DNA of 64,000 bases from Nitrospirota bacterium (GTDB lineage: Bacteria; Nitrospirota; UBA9217). This document shows, piece by piece, positions 8,480-17,921 of the stretch. Numbering within the stretch: the first letter of the stretch is position 1; every line of letters starts with the position of its first letter. The stretch spans positions 32,001-96,000 of the forward strand of contig CAVUCU010000005.1 in assembly GCA_963740085.1 (NCBI GenBank). Direction: 5' to 3'. Under the pieces are notes generated by a model, which searched no databases, had not been told where the DNA came from, and worked only from the letters and a program-made list of their open reading frames with translations. The translations under genes and the position numbers were made by a program.

Positions 8480-10084
8480 TTACGATCTCGCGAAAAACGC
8501 GGCGTGGTTGGAGGTAAAAAGCGGAGGATCCTTTTTCAGGATCGCCGAGACAGCGGGATGTTTTTTAAATTCAACGTCGAGGAACCTTCGCACCGCTCTT
8601 CGGTCCCATTGGTGAGGGTGCTTAAAGGACGTATAGAGCGACAGGTCTCCTTCGTAGAACTGTTCGGTCTCATGCTCTCTCGCTTCCTGTCCGCACACCG
8701 GCATATTGAACACTGCCAGGTTCAGGAAAGTGATCGCTTCATGATGAGCAGCAACGAATTCGAGCGTCTTTCGCGCCTCGCTTATCGTCTCAGCCGGAGT
8801 GCCGAAGAGAAGATAAACATACGCGGCGATCCCGGCTGCGTGAAGATTTTTCAACACCTGCGACGCTGTCGCGAGGTCGATACCCTTCCGCAACCTGTCA
8901 AGCACCCCCTGATCGCCTGATTCCAGCCCAAGCTTCAGCATCCTGCATCCCGATCGTTTGAGCTGCTTGCAATAATCACCGTCGGTGAGCTCTTTGCCGA
9001 TCCTCGCGAAACCGTACCACGGGACTCCGGGGGGATCTTTCGCGAGCGCATGCATGAGTGCGGGATTGACCGCATTGTCGAGCAGATGGACCAGGACAGG
9101 ACCTGTTTTCTCAATCAGCGATCTGAGATCGGTCATCGCCAGATCCGCGGGAACCGGGATATACGGATTGTTCTCCGCTGTCTCCGGACAGAAGGAGCAT
9201 TTACGGAAGGAGCATCCGCTCGACCCGCTGTAGGGAAGAATGAATCCCGGGGACAGGTACTCCTCACGAGGCAGGGATCCATAATCAGGCGTAACGTGCT
9301 CATGCCCGCTTCCTTTGATGCCAAGCAGTTCGAGCAGCGGCCCCTCCCCCGGCCCGGCGATAAGGTGATCAACAAGACCGCCAAACGGGTTCTTCCATAC
9401 CGGCCCTTTCATCCAGGAGGTCACCAGGCCGCCGCCGAGGGCGATCTTCAAGCCGGGGAACTCGCGCCTGATATAGCCGATCATGGCGAACGTGGTAAGG
9501 GCCTGGCTCAGATAATTCAGAGAAAAACCAATTAATGGCGATGATTTTTTTTCTCCATTCCATGCCTCATGTATCGCTTCGCGCCCTTGGCGTCGAAGCC
9601 TGCCCCCGAATTCCTCAATCGGGGGCGGTGAAAAGGTTTTCTCAAGGATTTCCGGCAGACGTCTGCTGAACCAGGGATAAAACGGATCCCGTTCCGGGTG
9701 CTCGGCGGCGATGATCAGGTCACTGCTCCGCACGGGAGAAAGCTCTTGATGGTGATAATCCGCCAGGCCGAGGATCGCATGGAACTCCCTGACAGAGGCC
9801 TCCAGCACGCGGTTCACGTCTTTTACGGCCCTGCTGTAATGGTCGGGATTGCGGTAGGTTCGCGGGTCACGGAGTGCGGCGAGATTGGAGGAAATATTTT
9901 TAACCGCCCGCCGGGTCCAGGTATCGGACGCGGTCTGCGGCTTCTGCATGAGAGAGAGAATTCCCTCGAGATTCGCGTCCAGGACCATGCAGGATATTCC
10001 CTGCGCATTAAGCGCGCCCGCAAGTTTCGCTATGCCCGCGGGAGGCTCACACGGTTTTGCTGCAGGAGGAAAGATAAGGAGCAT
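8480..10084 (-). CDS. B12-binding-domain-type radical SAM protein
   Basis: GCSFRKCSFC cysteine motif, IALGGG and GLESG; N-terminal LLIFPP...PPAGIAKL. Confidence 0.85.
   Translation of the reverse strand: MLLIFPPAAKPCEPPAGIAKLAGALNAQGISCMVLDANLEGILSLMQKPQTASDTWTRRAVKNISSNLAALRDPRTYRNPDHYSRAVKDVNRVLEASVREFHAILGLADYHHQELSPVRSSDLIIAAEHPERDPFYPWFSRRLPEILEKTFSPPPIEEFGGRLRRQGREAIHEAWNGEKKSSPLIGFSLNYLSQALTTFAMIGYIRREFPGLKIALGGGLVTSWMKGPVWKNPFGGLVDHLIAGPGEGPLLELLGIKGSGHEHVTPDYGSLPREEYLSPGFILPYSGSSGCSFRKCSFCPETAENNPYIPVPADLAMTDLRSLIEKTGPVLVHLLDNAVNPALMHALAKDPPGVPWYGFARIGKELTDGDYCKQLKRSGCRMLKLGLESGDQGVLDRLRKGIDLATASQVLKNLHAAGIAAYVYLLFGTPAETISEARKTLEFVAAHHEAITFLNLAVFNMPVCGQEAREHETEQFYEGDLSLYTSFKHPHQWDRRAVRRFLDVEFKKHPAVSAILKKDPPLFTSNHAAFFARS
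9599..9628. repeat. GC-rich palindrome inside the radical SAM coding sequence
   Basis: GCCCCCGA-attcctcaa-TCGGGGGC, 8-bp perfect stem. Confidence 0.55.
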
Positions 10085-10157
10085 GTGGCATTATGCCGGA
10101 TGAGGGATGCGATATCAAGAGCATTCGAGATCCGACAGATCCGACGGATCTTATGAA

Positions 10158-11462
10158 TTACTTCCTCTTCGACTCGATCAACGCCTGGACAGGTTTGAGG
10201 CTGTAGGGGCTTCCATGTTCTATTGCCGTGAGCACCGTGCCTCCGCCGGTGAAAAAGTAGTAGCTCGCATTGTCCATCACCGAAAGATAAAGGCCCGGCA
10301 GGAGGTTCTTGAATTCCTGGAGGGTATCCCCGCCTCCGTACATTTTCATGGCATCGCGGTTGAGATCGATGGTGTTGTCGAGCGCCTGGGAACCGGAAGA
10401 AAAGTGCGGGGTGTACCCCATGACGGCGTTCACGAAGATCGTCTTTGCCGTGCCGATGGCGTCGGCAACGGTCTTTTCCTCGAATGACCGGGGGTCGATG
10501 TCCAGGACGTACCCGTACGAATCACCGGACTTAAAATCATGAAGAGAGATGGTCCGGTACTTGCCTTCGATCCTGCCGTCGATGATGTCCGATTCCACGA
10601 CAAAGGGAAGCTCGACGATCTTCTTCTGGACGCGGTCCTTTTCAACCAGTTCCTGCGCAAGCGCGCAGTCCTCTTCCAGAACGCCCTTGATCCGCACCCC
10701 GTATTTTGCGCAGAGATACGTGTTGTAAATGACGCCGCCGAGAACGAGACGGTCCACCTTTTCATAAAGGGCGGTGAGCGGCTTTATCTTGGTGTCGTAC
10801 TTCGATCCTGCGACCACGGCGAGGAAGGGCCGCTCGGGTCTCATGACCCCCTCGAGGTGCACGATCTCCTGCTGCAGCAGGAAACCCGCATAGGACGGCA
10901 AATGCCGGGTGATGTCGACCGTGGAGGCATGGGGCTGCCAAGAGCCGAACGCATCGTTCACGTAGATATCCGCGAGGCCGGCAAGCTGGAGCGCAAAACG
11001 CTCCCGGAGCTCGCCCTCAGCCTCCTCCCCGAGGAACCACCGCGTGTTCGGAAGATAGATCCCCCCGATCTTCCGTTCTTTCAGCTCCCTGACGGCAAGG
11101 TTGATGGACGTGTCGATCCCCGTAATGCCCCGCACCGGGTCCGGGGGAAATTTCGGGACATACAATTTTGAATGGAGCTTCTGTTCAAGATAGCGAACGA
11201 TGGGCTCAACGGACTCCTCGGGTCTGCAGGTTATCGTTCCCGTCTTTTTGTCTTTCGGCCTCCCCACATGGGTCATCATAATAGGTCTGCCGCCGCGCTC
11301 GACAATGTGAAAGAGTGTCCCGATAGTACGGTCGATCCGATAGGGGTCGCGTATCTCGCCTCCCTTTACAACATTGTGATCGAACCGGACGAGGACAACC
11401 TTCCCGTCAAGGTTGGCATCCTGGATCAGCGGCAAATCAGCGTGTAATGGCCTGCTCAGCAT
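10158..11462 (-). CDS. pgk: Phosphoglycerate kinase, divergent second copy
   Basis: GKVVLVRFDHNV, THVGRPK, YVNDAFG..HAS, GGGDT and FTGGG motifs. Confidence 0.85.
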   Translation of the reverse strand: MLSRPLHADLPLIQDANLDGKVVLVRFDHNVVKGGEIRDPYRIDRTIGTLFHIVERGGRPIMMTHVGRPKDKKTGTITCRPEESVEPIVRYLEQKLHSKLYVPKFPPDPVRGITGIDTSINLAVRELKERKIGGIYLPNTRWFLGEEAEGELRERFALQLAGLADIYVNDAFGSWQPHASTVDITRHLPSYAGFLLQQEIVHLEGVMRPERPFLAVVAGSKYDTKIKPLTALYEKVDRLVLGGVIYNTYLCAKYGVRIKGVLEEDCALAQELVEKDRVQKKIVELPFVVESDIIDGRIEGKYRTISLHDFKSGDSYGYVLDIDPRSFEEKTVADAIGTAKTIFVNAVMGYTPHFSSGSQALDNTIDLNRDAMKMYGGGDTLQEFKNLLPGLYLSVMDNASYYFFTGGGTVLTAIEHGSPYSLKPVQALIESKRK

Positions 11463-11583
11463 AGTGGACCGCCTTTATCACATTCGGGAATGAACGACAA
11501 CCGTATTATAGCACATTGAAAAAACCGACAGTCAATAAAGAACCAAATTCTTTTCAAAGAGAAAAGGAAAAACTCAAGGCGTT

Positions 11584-11663
11584 ATCACGAATGCCACGAA
11601 CAGGGCGAATTAAACGAATAAACTTTTCTTCGTGCTGTTCGTATAATTCGTGCCATTCGTGGT
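11584..11663. repeat. 9-nt-period palindromic intergenic element
   Basis: CGAA at 11588/11597/11606/11615 mirrored by TTCG at 11629/11638/11647/11656. Confidence 0.7.
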
Positions 11664-11692
11664 TACTCTTTTGGGGGCAGGAAGGAATTGCA

Positions 11693-13252
11693 TCAATGCG
11701 CCGGCGGCGGTCCGCCCGCAGACGCTTTTGACCATTTCATGATGAACACCAGCGGAATAACGCTAAGGATAAGGAAACAGATCAAAAGGAACGCATCGGT
11801 GAATGCGAGGGTAGTCGACTGCCTTACCAGCTCCCGGTACATCATGCCGTCCGCGCCCGCAGGCGGCAAACCCTTCTGACTTAAGAACCCTGCCATCTTT
11901 TCATGGGCGATCTGGTACGCCGGATCAAAGGGCGACAGATGTTCCACCAGACGCGTCTGGTGGAGCTGCGCCCTGCGCGAAAGGATCGTCGTGGTCATGG
12001 CGATGCCCACGCTTCCACCGAGATTCCTGAGCAGGTTATACACCGAGGTCGCTTCGGTCATATGCTCTTTCGGGATATGCGATAGCGTGAGCGTGGTGAG
12101 CGGGATAAAGGTCATGCCCATGCCGAACCCGAGGAAGACCCGCGGCCAGACAAAGGTCCAGAAATCCGTCGTGAGGTTGAAACGCGACATCATGTACGTG
12201 CTGAGCGCGCACACGCACATGCCGGTAACGAGAAACCTTTTCGGGTTCACCTTGCCGATGAACTTCCCCACGAACGGCATGGCGAACATGGTGGCGATGC
12301 CTCCCGGACCGAGCACGAGACCGGCGTAGAACGACGTGTAGCCCATGATCGTCTGCAAATAGATAGGCAGCAGAACGATGCTGCCGAAGAGGTTCAGGAA
12401 AACGAAGAACATCACCACGGAGCCGCTCGTGAACGTCCGGTCCTTGAACAGTTTCAGGTTGACGATGGGGGTCTCCGAATAATACTCGTTGATCACCAGA
12501 AGCGTGAGGCAGACCGCCGCGATGATGCCGAAGGTAATGATCAGGTTGGACGAGAACCAGTCATCACTCTCGCCCTTATCGAGCATGAACTGGAGCGCGC
12601 CCAGGCCTACGGCAAGGAACAAGAGGCCCCAGTAGTCGACCTTCATCTTCTGCCGCTTCATATACGGCGGGTCCTCGATCACGATAATGTTCATAATGAT
12701 CGAGAGGATGCCGATCGGAATATTGATGTAGAAGATCCAGCGCCAGGACCAGTTGTCCGTGATCCAGCCGCCGAGAAGCGGGCCCACAATGGGGCCCAGC
12801 ATGGCGCCCATACCGAAGATGGCCATGGCAACGCCGTGTTTTTCCCGGGGGAAACTTTCGAGCAGGATGGACTGGCTTATCGGCACCAGCCCGCCTCCGC
12901 CGATCCCCTGGAGTATCCTGAAGAACACCAGGCTCTGGAGGCTCCAGGCCGAGCCGCACATGAAGGAGCTGAAGGTGAAGAGGGCGATCGAGGCGATCTG
13001 GTAATTTTTCCTGCCGATGAGCTTGGCGAGCCAGCCCGCCATGGGGATCACGATGGCGTTCGAGACGAGGTAGGCGGTGATGGTCCAGGTGGCTTCGTCG
13101 ATGCCCGCTGAGAGCGAGCCCCTGATGTGGTTGAGCGAGACATTTACGATCGAGGTGTCGATGATCTCGATCAGGGTCGGAAGCATGACGGTGAATGCGA
13201 TGAGGCCGAGGCCCCGGGTTTTTGTAGTTTGACTCATTACTGATGCCTGCAC
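11693..13252 (-). CDS. emrB: DHA2 (EmrB/QacA) MFS efflux permease
   Basis: IDTSIVNVSL, WTITAYL, RILQGIGGG, GPLLGGWITDNWSWRWIFYINIPIG; start may be 13237. Confidence 0.92.
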   Translation of the reverse strand: MQASVMSQTTKTRGLGLIAFTVMLPTLIEIIDTSIVNVSLNHIRGSLSAGIDEATWTITAYLVSNAIVIPMAGWLAKLIGRKNYQIASIALFTFSSFMCGSAWSLQSLVFFRILQGIGGGGLVPISQSILLESFPREKHGVAMAIFGMGAMLGPIVGPLLGGWITDNWSWRWIFYINIPIGILSIIMNIIVIEDPPYMKRQKMKVDYWGLLFLAVGLGALQFMLDKGESDDWFSSNLIITFGIIAAVCLTLLVINEYYSETPIVNLKLFKDRTFTSGSVVMFFVFLNLFGSIVLLPIYLQTIMGYTSFYAGLVLGPGGIATMFAMPFVGKFIGKVNPKRFLVTGMCVCALSTYMMSRFNLTTDFWTFVWPRVFLGFGMGMTFIPLTTLTLSHIPKEHMTEATSVYNLLRNLGGSVGIAMTTTILSRRAQLHQTRLVEHLSPFDPAYQIAHEKMAGFLSQKGLPPAGADGMMYRELVRQSTTLAFTDAFLLICFLILSVIPLVFIMKWSKASAGGPPPAH

Positions 13253-13372
13253 TCTTGATGAAGGACCAATAGGAAGAAGGAGACCAGATGATCATTCATT
13301 GCGTTCTCGAGAACAATAGAAAATCCTTATCTATTTTTATTATCTCTCGTCCCTCATCCTGAGTCTCTCTCT

Positions 13373-14377
13373 TTATTTCGCGATCACCGTGGGCTCAACG
13401 GACATGCCGATGCGGAGGACATGGTCCTTGTCCGTTCCCTCGTCGAGCACGATCTTGACCGGGATTCGCTGCACGACCTTCACGTAGTTGCCCGTGGCGT
13501 TCTCGGCCGGAAAGAGCGAGAAGCTCACGCCCGTGCCCGCCATAATGCTGTCCACTTTGCCGGAGAACTTCTTCCCGGGATAGGAATCCACCGCAAGCTC
13601 CACCCTCTGGCCGGGCCGGATGTTTTCCATCTGGGTCTCCTTGAAATTTGCCGTGACCCAGATATCCTTGAGCGCCACCACGGCCATGAGCGGCTGGCCG
13701 GGCTGGATCTGGTTTCCGGTCTGGACCGATTTTCTCGTGACGTATCCGTCCACGGGTGCGTAGATTTTCGTGTATTCGTAATTGAGCTCGGCAAGGGCCG
13801 CTGTCGCCTGTTTCTGCATGATCGTCGAGGCCTGGGTCAGCTTCTGCGCCTCCGCCTGGCGGAGCTGCTCCTCGGCCGCCTTCACCTGGGCCACGGCCAC
13901 TTCATAACCCGTCATGGCCCGGTCATAGCGGTCCCGGGGGAGGACTTCCTTCTGATAGAGCGCCTCGGAGCGGTTTTTTTCGAGCTCAGCCAGCCTGAGG
14001 TGTGCGTTCTGGAGTTCGAGGTTCACTTTAGCGGCGTCGATCTTGGTCACGGCCTCGGACAATTTCGCCTTTTCCGCGCCCACGACGGATGAGGCTTCGC
14101 GAAGCCTTACCGCATAATCGGCCGGGTCGATCTCAACGAGGAGGTCTCCCTTTTTGACGGACTGGTTGTCGTTGACGGATACCACCTTCACCGTCCCATA
14201 GATCTTCGCCGCAATGGTATGGATATTGCCATCGATGAAAGCGTCATCGGTCGAGACGTGAGTTTTCCGGTATCCTGAATAAAAATAGCCCGCGATCAGC
14301 CCGACAAGGACCACGACCCCGACGATCATGAAGGCTTTCTTCTTTTTCTGGTTATTCCCTGTTTGTTCTTCTGCCAT
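13373..14377 (-). CDS. emrA: EmrA/HlyD family membrane fusion protein
   Basis: STDDAFIDG, ANFKETQ, PAENATGNYVKVVQRIPVKI. Confidence 0.92.
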   Translation of the reverse strand: MAEEQTGNNQKKKKAFMIVGVVVLVGLIAGYFYSGYRKTHVSTDDAFIDGNIHTIAAKIYGTVKVVSVNDNQSVKKGDLLVEIDPADYAVRLREASSVVGAEKAKLSEAVTKIDAAKVNLELQNAHLRLAELEKNRSEALYQKEVLPRDRYDRAMTGYEVAVAQVKAAEEQLRQAEAQKLTQASTIMQKQATAALAELNYEYTKIYAPVDGYVTRKSVQTGNQIQPGQPLMAVVALKDIWVTANFKETQMENIRPGQRVELAVDSYPGKKFSGKVDSIMAGTGVSFSLFPAENATGNYVKVVQRIPVKIVLDEGTDKDHVLRIGMSVEPTVIAK

Positions 14378-14410
14378 GCTGTGCTCCTTACAATTCGAGG
14401 GAAATTCCAA

Positions 14411-14500
14411 CCTCGATCTTCTAAATTCTAGATAATTTCAAAATTCGAATTTTGGAACATTAAATATTGTTTAGGATTTCGAGCTTGGGATTTGGGTATT
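14411..14500. repeat. AT-rich ~7-nt-period imperfect palindrome (TCGA/AATT..TTTAGGATTTCGA type)
   Basis: Same motif family as 54675-54770 and 56877-56975. Confidence 0.5.
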
Positions 14501-14504
14501 AATC

Positions 14505-15815
14505 TTAATTCCCATACATGCTCACCATGTCCTTGCCAGCCGCGTTGAGGAGGACGGCCTCCGCCCGCTTGAATCCGTACAGCGACTTCCAGGAATTCGA
14601 TTCCGCCGTTGTCAAAAGCGTCACGGCGTCGAGCACCTCGGTTGCCGTGCCCACGCCTTCCCTGTACCGGAGACGCTGGAGTCTCAGGTTCTCCTCCGCC
14701 TGGGCAACCGCGGTCTTCGTGACCTCGATTTTTTGGGCCGAGCTCTGCAGATCGAGGTAGGCAGCCTTAACCTCCAGGCGGATGCCGTCCAGCAGCTTAT
14801 CCCGTGAAAGTCTGAGCGACCGCAGCTCCGCCCTTGCCAGAGCCGCCCGGGAACGGCTCGCGCCGCCGGAAGAAAGATTGATGTTCACGCCGGCAATGGC
14901 CGACCAGTTGTCCTGATGGACCATGTACCTGTTCTCCGAATATTCATACCCGCCGGAAACGTAGAAGGTCGGCAAATACTCCGCCTGCGCGGTCTTAACG
15001 TTCTGTTCTTTCGCCGCGATGGCCGCATCCATCTCCTTGAGCAGCGCCCGTGATGCCTCCGCGCTGATCCACGCGTCTTCGAGCGTCATACCCGCCGACG
15101 GGCTGGCCCTGATCTCATCAGGCTGAATCGCATCATTCAATGGTTTTAAAAGTATACTGTTGAGCTTCGATTCCCGCAGCGACCGGAGGTTCTCCGCGGT
15201 CAGGAGCCGCTGGCGCGAGTCTGCAAGTGTAACGGTCGCCTGTAGCACTTCGTTCTTGGTGACAACGCCGGCACCATACCGGGCTTCCGTATCTTTTTTG
15301 TGGGCTTCGTACTGCTGCACTTCCTCCCTGGCGACCTGAAGCAGCTTTTCGGATTCCAAGAGGTCCAGATACATGGTGATAAAATCCAGGGCCGCCTGGT
15401 TCTTCGATCGGTCGGTCCCGATCTCACGGGCCTTTAATCCGTTCTGCGCCGCATCGATCGATGAAGATGTTTTGCCGAAGTCGTAAAGAAGTTGCGTGGC
15501 CCTCACTCCGTAGGTCAGGAATTGATCCTGCGATACGGGGATCGAATTCGTCGAAGCCCCGGGAATACTAAACGGGAGTTTGGACTCGGGCTGATAGCGG
15601 AGCCATGTCTCACGGCCGTAGAGGTCAACCCAGGGCAACCAGGGGGAACGTGCGAGAGAGACCGTTGCCCGCGCCACGTCCTCATCAGACCGGGCAATGG
15701 TGACATCCCGTCCCGTCTCGGTGACGATCTTCAGACCCTCCTCCAGTGAAAGCGCGTGGGCAGTGAACGGAGAGAGGGCCAGGAAAAGGGCAAGGACAAG
15801 TTGTAATCGTTTCAT
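14505..15815 (-). CDS. TolC family outer-membrane efflux protein
   Basis: Signal peptide from MKRLQLVL; LSLEEGL, TQLLYDFG and RYREGVGTATEVLDA repeats; clustered with emrAB. Confidence 0.9.
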   Translation of the reverse strand: MKRLQLVLALFLALSPFTAHALSLEEGLKIVTETGRDVTIARSDEDVARATVSLARSPWLPWVDLYGRETWLRYQPESKLPFSIPGASTNSIPVSQDQFLTYGVRATQLLYDFGKTSSSIDAAQNGLKAREIGTDRSKNQAALDFITMYLDLLESEKLLQVAREEVQQYEAHKKDTEARYGAGVVTKNEVLQATVTLADSRQRLLTAENLRSLRESKLNSILLKPLNDAIQPDEIRASPSAGMTLEDAWISAEASRALLKEMDAAIAAKEQNVKTAQAEYLPTFYVSGGYEYSENRYMVHQDNWSAIAGVNINLSSGGASRSRAALARAELRSLRLSRDKLLDGIRLEVKAAYLDLQSSAQKIEVTKTAVAQAEENLRLQRLRYREGVGTATEVLDAVTLLTTAESNSWKSLYGFKRAEAVLLNAAGKDMVSMYGN

Positions 15816-16138
15816 GACAATACCTCGGGAACGGCTTCTGCAAGAATGTAAGTAAGCACTATAGTACACGAAAATAATAAAAAGTGAAGCGGTTTTTCGG
15901 CGCCTCATGAACAGGTTGTTTCCTGGACCTTTCTTTGCGCCTTTGCGGCTTTGTATGTAATAGAGCTGAGCTGTTCCGCTTTTTTTTCTCTCGTGCGGAA
16001 CTTCTCCCCTCTTTGAACCGAAATGGCAATTGACAAGTTTAGAGGAATGTCCTACATTACAGTTTGAAAGCTGCGCGAAACCAGACCCCTGGCCATAGAA
16101 GGACCGGAACTTTATCAGCACTAGTCGTCTCATTGAAT

Positions 16139-17326
16139 ATGAAAAGAGCAATCCTGACAACCATCGCCGTTCTCTCCCTGTTCGCCTGCGCCAAACCGCC
16201 GGTTCCCGTGACGAGGCCGGAAGAATCCCTGGTGCGCCTGTCGCCATGGCAATCGGTCTCGGCTCGTGACGACGCCGAATTCAAAGACATCGCCCTTGCA
16301 GTGCATCAAAGCCTGGAGTATTATAAAAAGATTTCCCAGAACACGGTGTTCTTCCTGGGGCCCGATAGAGCCAGCTCCCTCGACATGGCCCTGACGCTGC
16401 AGAACTTTCTCCTGATCATCGAGAATGATTCACTCACCTATGATCAGAAGGTGGATCGCATCAGGAAGGATTTTGTCTTTTACCGCGCCGTTGGGTCGAA
16501 CAACACCGGCAAGGTGCTCTTCACGGGCTACTACGAACCGCTTCTTTCCTGCCGCGTCACGAGAGATGATACCTTTCGCTATCCATTGTATCGAAGGCCT
16601 GATGACATCATCGAAGTGGATCTCTCCCAATTCGGCAACGGATTCCCGAAGAGCAAGCTCTTCGGGAGGCTTGACAACAGGAAGGTCGTCCCCTATTACT
16701 CCCGCGAGGAGATCGACCAGAAGAAGGTCCTTGCCGGAAAGGACCTGGAGATCCTGTGGTGCTCCGATCTCGTGGATATCTATGTGCTCCAGGTGCAGGG
16801 GTCGGGCAAGGTGGACCTGGGGGACGGAACCATCCTGAGCGTGCTGTACGACGGCGCGAACGGCCGGCCCTACAAGAGCATCGGAAAATATTTGATCGAT
16901 ACCGGAGCCATGACAAAAGAGAACATGTCCATGCAGGCGATACGGGAGTACCTGCGGACCCATCCCGATAAACTCAGGGGGGTCCTGAACGAGAATCCCA
17001 GCTACGTATTCTTCCGCCTCGGCTCAGGACCGTCGCTCGGCAATATCAGCGTTCCCCTTACGCCGGGCCGCTCCATAGCTACGGACAGTAAATTGTTCCC
17101 CAAAGGCGCTCTGGGCTTTATTTCGGCGCAGAAGCCGGTGATTGAAAACGGCGCGATCAAGGCATGGGTGCCGTTCACCCGGTTCGTCCTGAACCAGGAT
17201 ACCGGCGGCGCGATCAAGGGGCCGGGCAGGGCCGATGTGTTCTTCGGTTTCGGTCCGGATGCGGAATTAACCGCAGGAAACTTCCAGCATGAAGGGGAGC
17301 TGTACTTTTTGATGAGGAAAAAGTAA
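16139..17326 (+). CDS. mltA: Membrane-bound lytic murein transglycosylase A
   Basis: Lipobox LFAC; FTGYYEP, LQVQGSG, NPSYVFF, QDTGGAIKGPGRADVFFG. Confidence 0.92.
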   Translation: MKRAILTTIAVLSLFACAKPPVPVTRPEESLVRLSPWQSVSARDDAEFKDIALAVHQSLEYYKKISQNTVFFLGPDRASSLDMALTLQNFLLIIENDSLTYDQKVDRIRKDFVFYRAVGSNNTGKVLFTGYYEPLLSCRVTRDDTFRYPLYRRPDDIIEVDLSQFGNGFPKSKLFGRLDNRKVVPYYSREEIDQKKVLAGKDLEILWCSDLVDIYVLQVQGSGKVDLGDGTILSVLYDGANGRPYKSIGKYLIDTGAMTKENMSMQAIREYLRTHPDKLRGVLNENPSYVFFRLGSGPSLGNISVPLTPGRSIATDSKLFPKGALGFISAQKPVIENGAIKAWVPFTRFVLNQDTGGAIKGPGRADVFFGFGPDAELTAGNFQHEGELYFLMRKK

Positions 17327-17474
17327 ATAAATAAAAACAAGGTAGAAATATCTCACCCTTTTGAAGGACGCGGGTTGTTCCGATTTGATGAAATCAGTCT
17401 CTAGGTCGTCAAAGGTGCCGATAATTTCCCTGTCACTGTCGGTCATGTTTATTTCCAGCCGACCTGCGAACCCG

Positions 17475-17500
17475 ATCTTAAAGTCTGACCCCGTATGCCT
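17475..17500 (+). repeat. Solo copy of the Y1-transposase terminal repeat
   Basis: atcttaaagtctgaccccgtatgcct is 24/26 identical to 38408-38433. Confidence 0.7.
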
Positions 17501-17524
17501 GTGCCGCCACGACTTGTATCTCGA

Positions 17525-17896
17525 TTAACGGTTTCCTCCGTCATTGCAGTTGATTTGCTTCAACGAACCGTCTTTTACCCAATAGGGTTCTTTTCCGTCC
17601 GGGAACTTTATCTTCAGCGTCTTAAATTCGACTGATCTCTCCAAAACCTGAACCGTGATGCCGCCGGTAAGCCGCAGCACTGTCCCGCTCTTCAAGAGGT
17701 CTGCAAGCTTGTCCTTGTTGCCTTCCTCCTGGAAACGGGTCGCGGCATTTAAAGTCTCCTGGGTAGAAGCGGCCAAAGCGCCTTCCTTCGTGTTGTAAAA
17801 TTCGTCGACCTGGCATGCAGACGCGAACTGATGCGCCGCTAACGCCGCAGCGGCGCAAACCACAAATAATATAATGACTCCTGTTGTTCTATTCAT
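17525..17896 (-). CDS. Exported hypothetical protein, possibly with an SH3-like C-terminal domain
   Basis: Signal peptide; RBS ggagg; C-terminal VQVLER...KIKFPDG...YWV. Confidence 0.65.
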   Translation of the reverse strand: MNRTTGVIILFVVCAAAALAAHQFASACQVDEFYNTKEGALAASTQETLNAATRFQEEGNKDKLADLLKSGTVLRLTGGITVQVLERSVEFKTLKIKFPDGKEPYWVKDGSLKQINCNDGGNR

Positions 17897-17921
17897 CCTT
17901 GCCCTCCAATTATCACCGTGT

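Noticed and set aside
14505-16247. 580-aa version of TolC
   Set aside because: The extension is non-protein-like and overlaps mltA; the signal peptide starts at 15815
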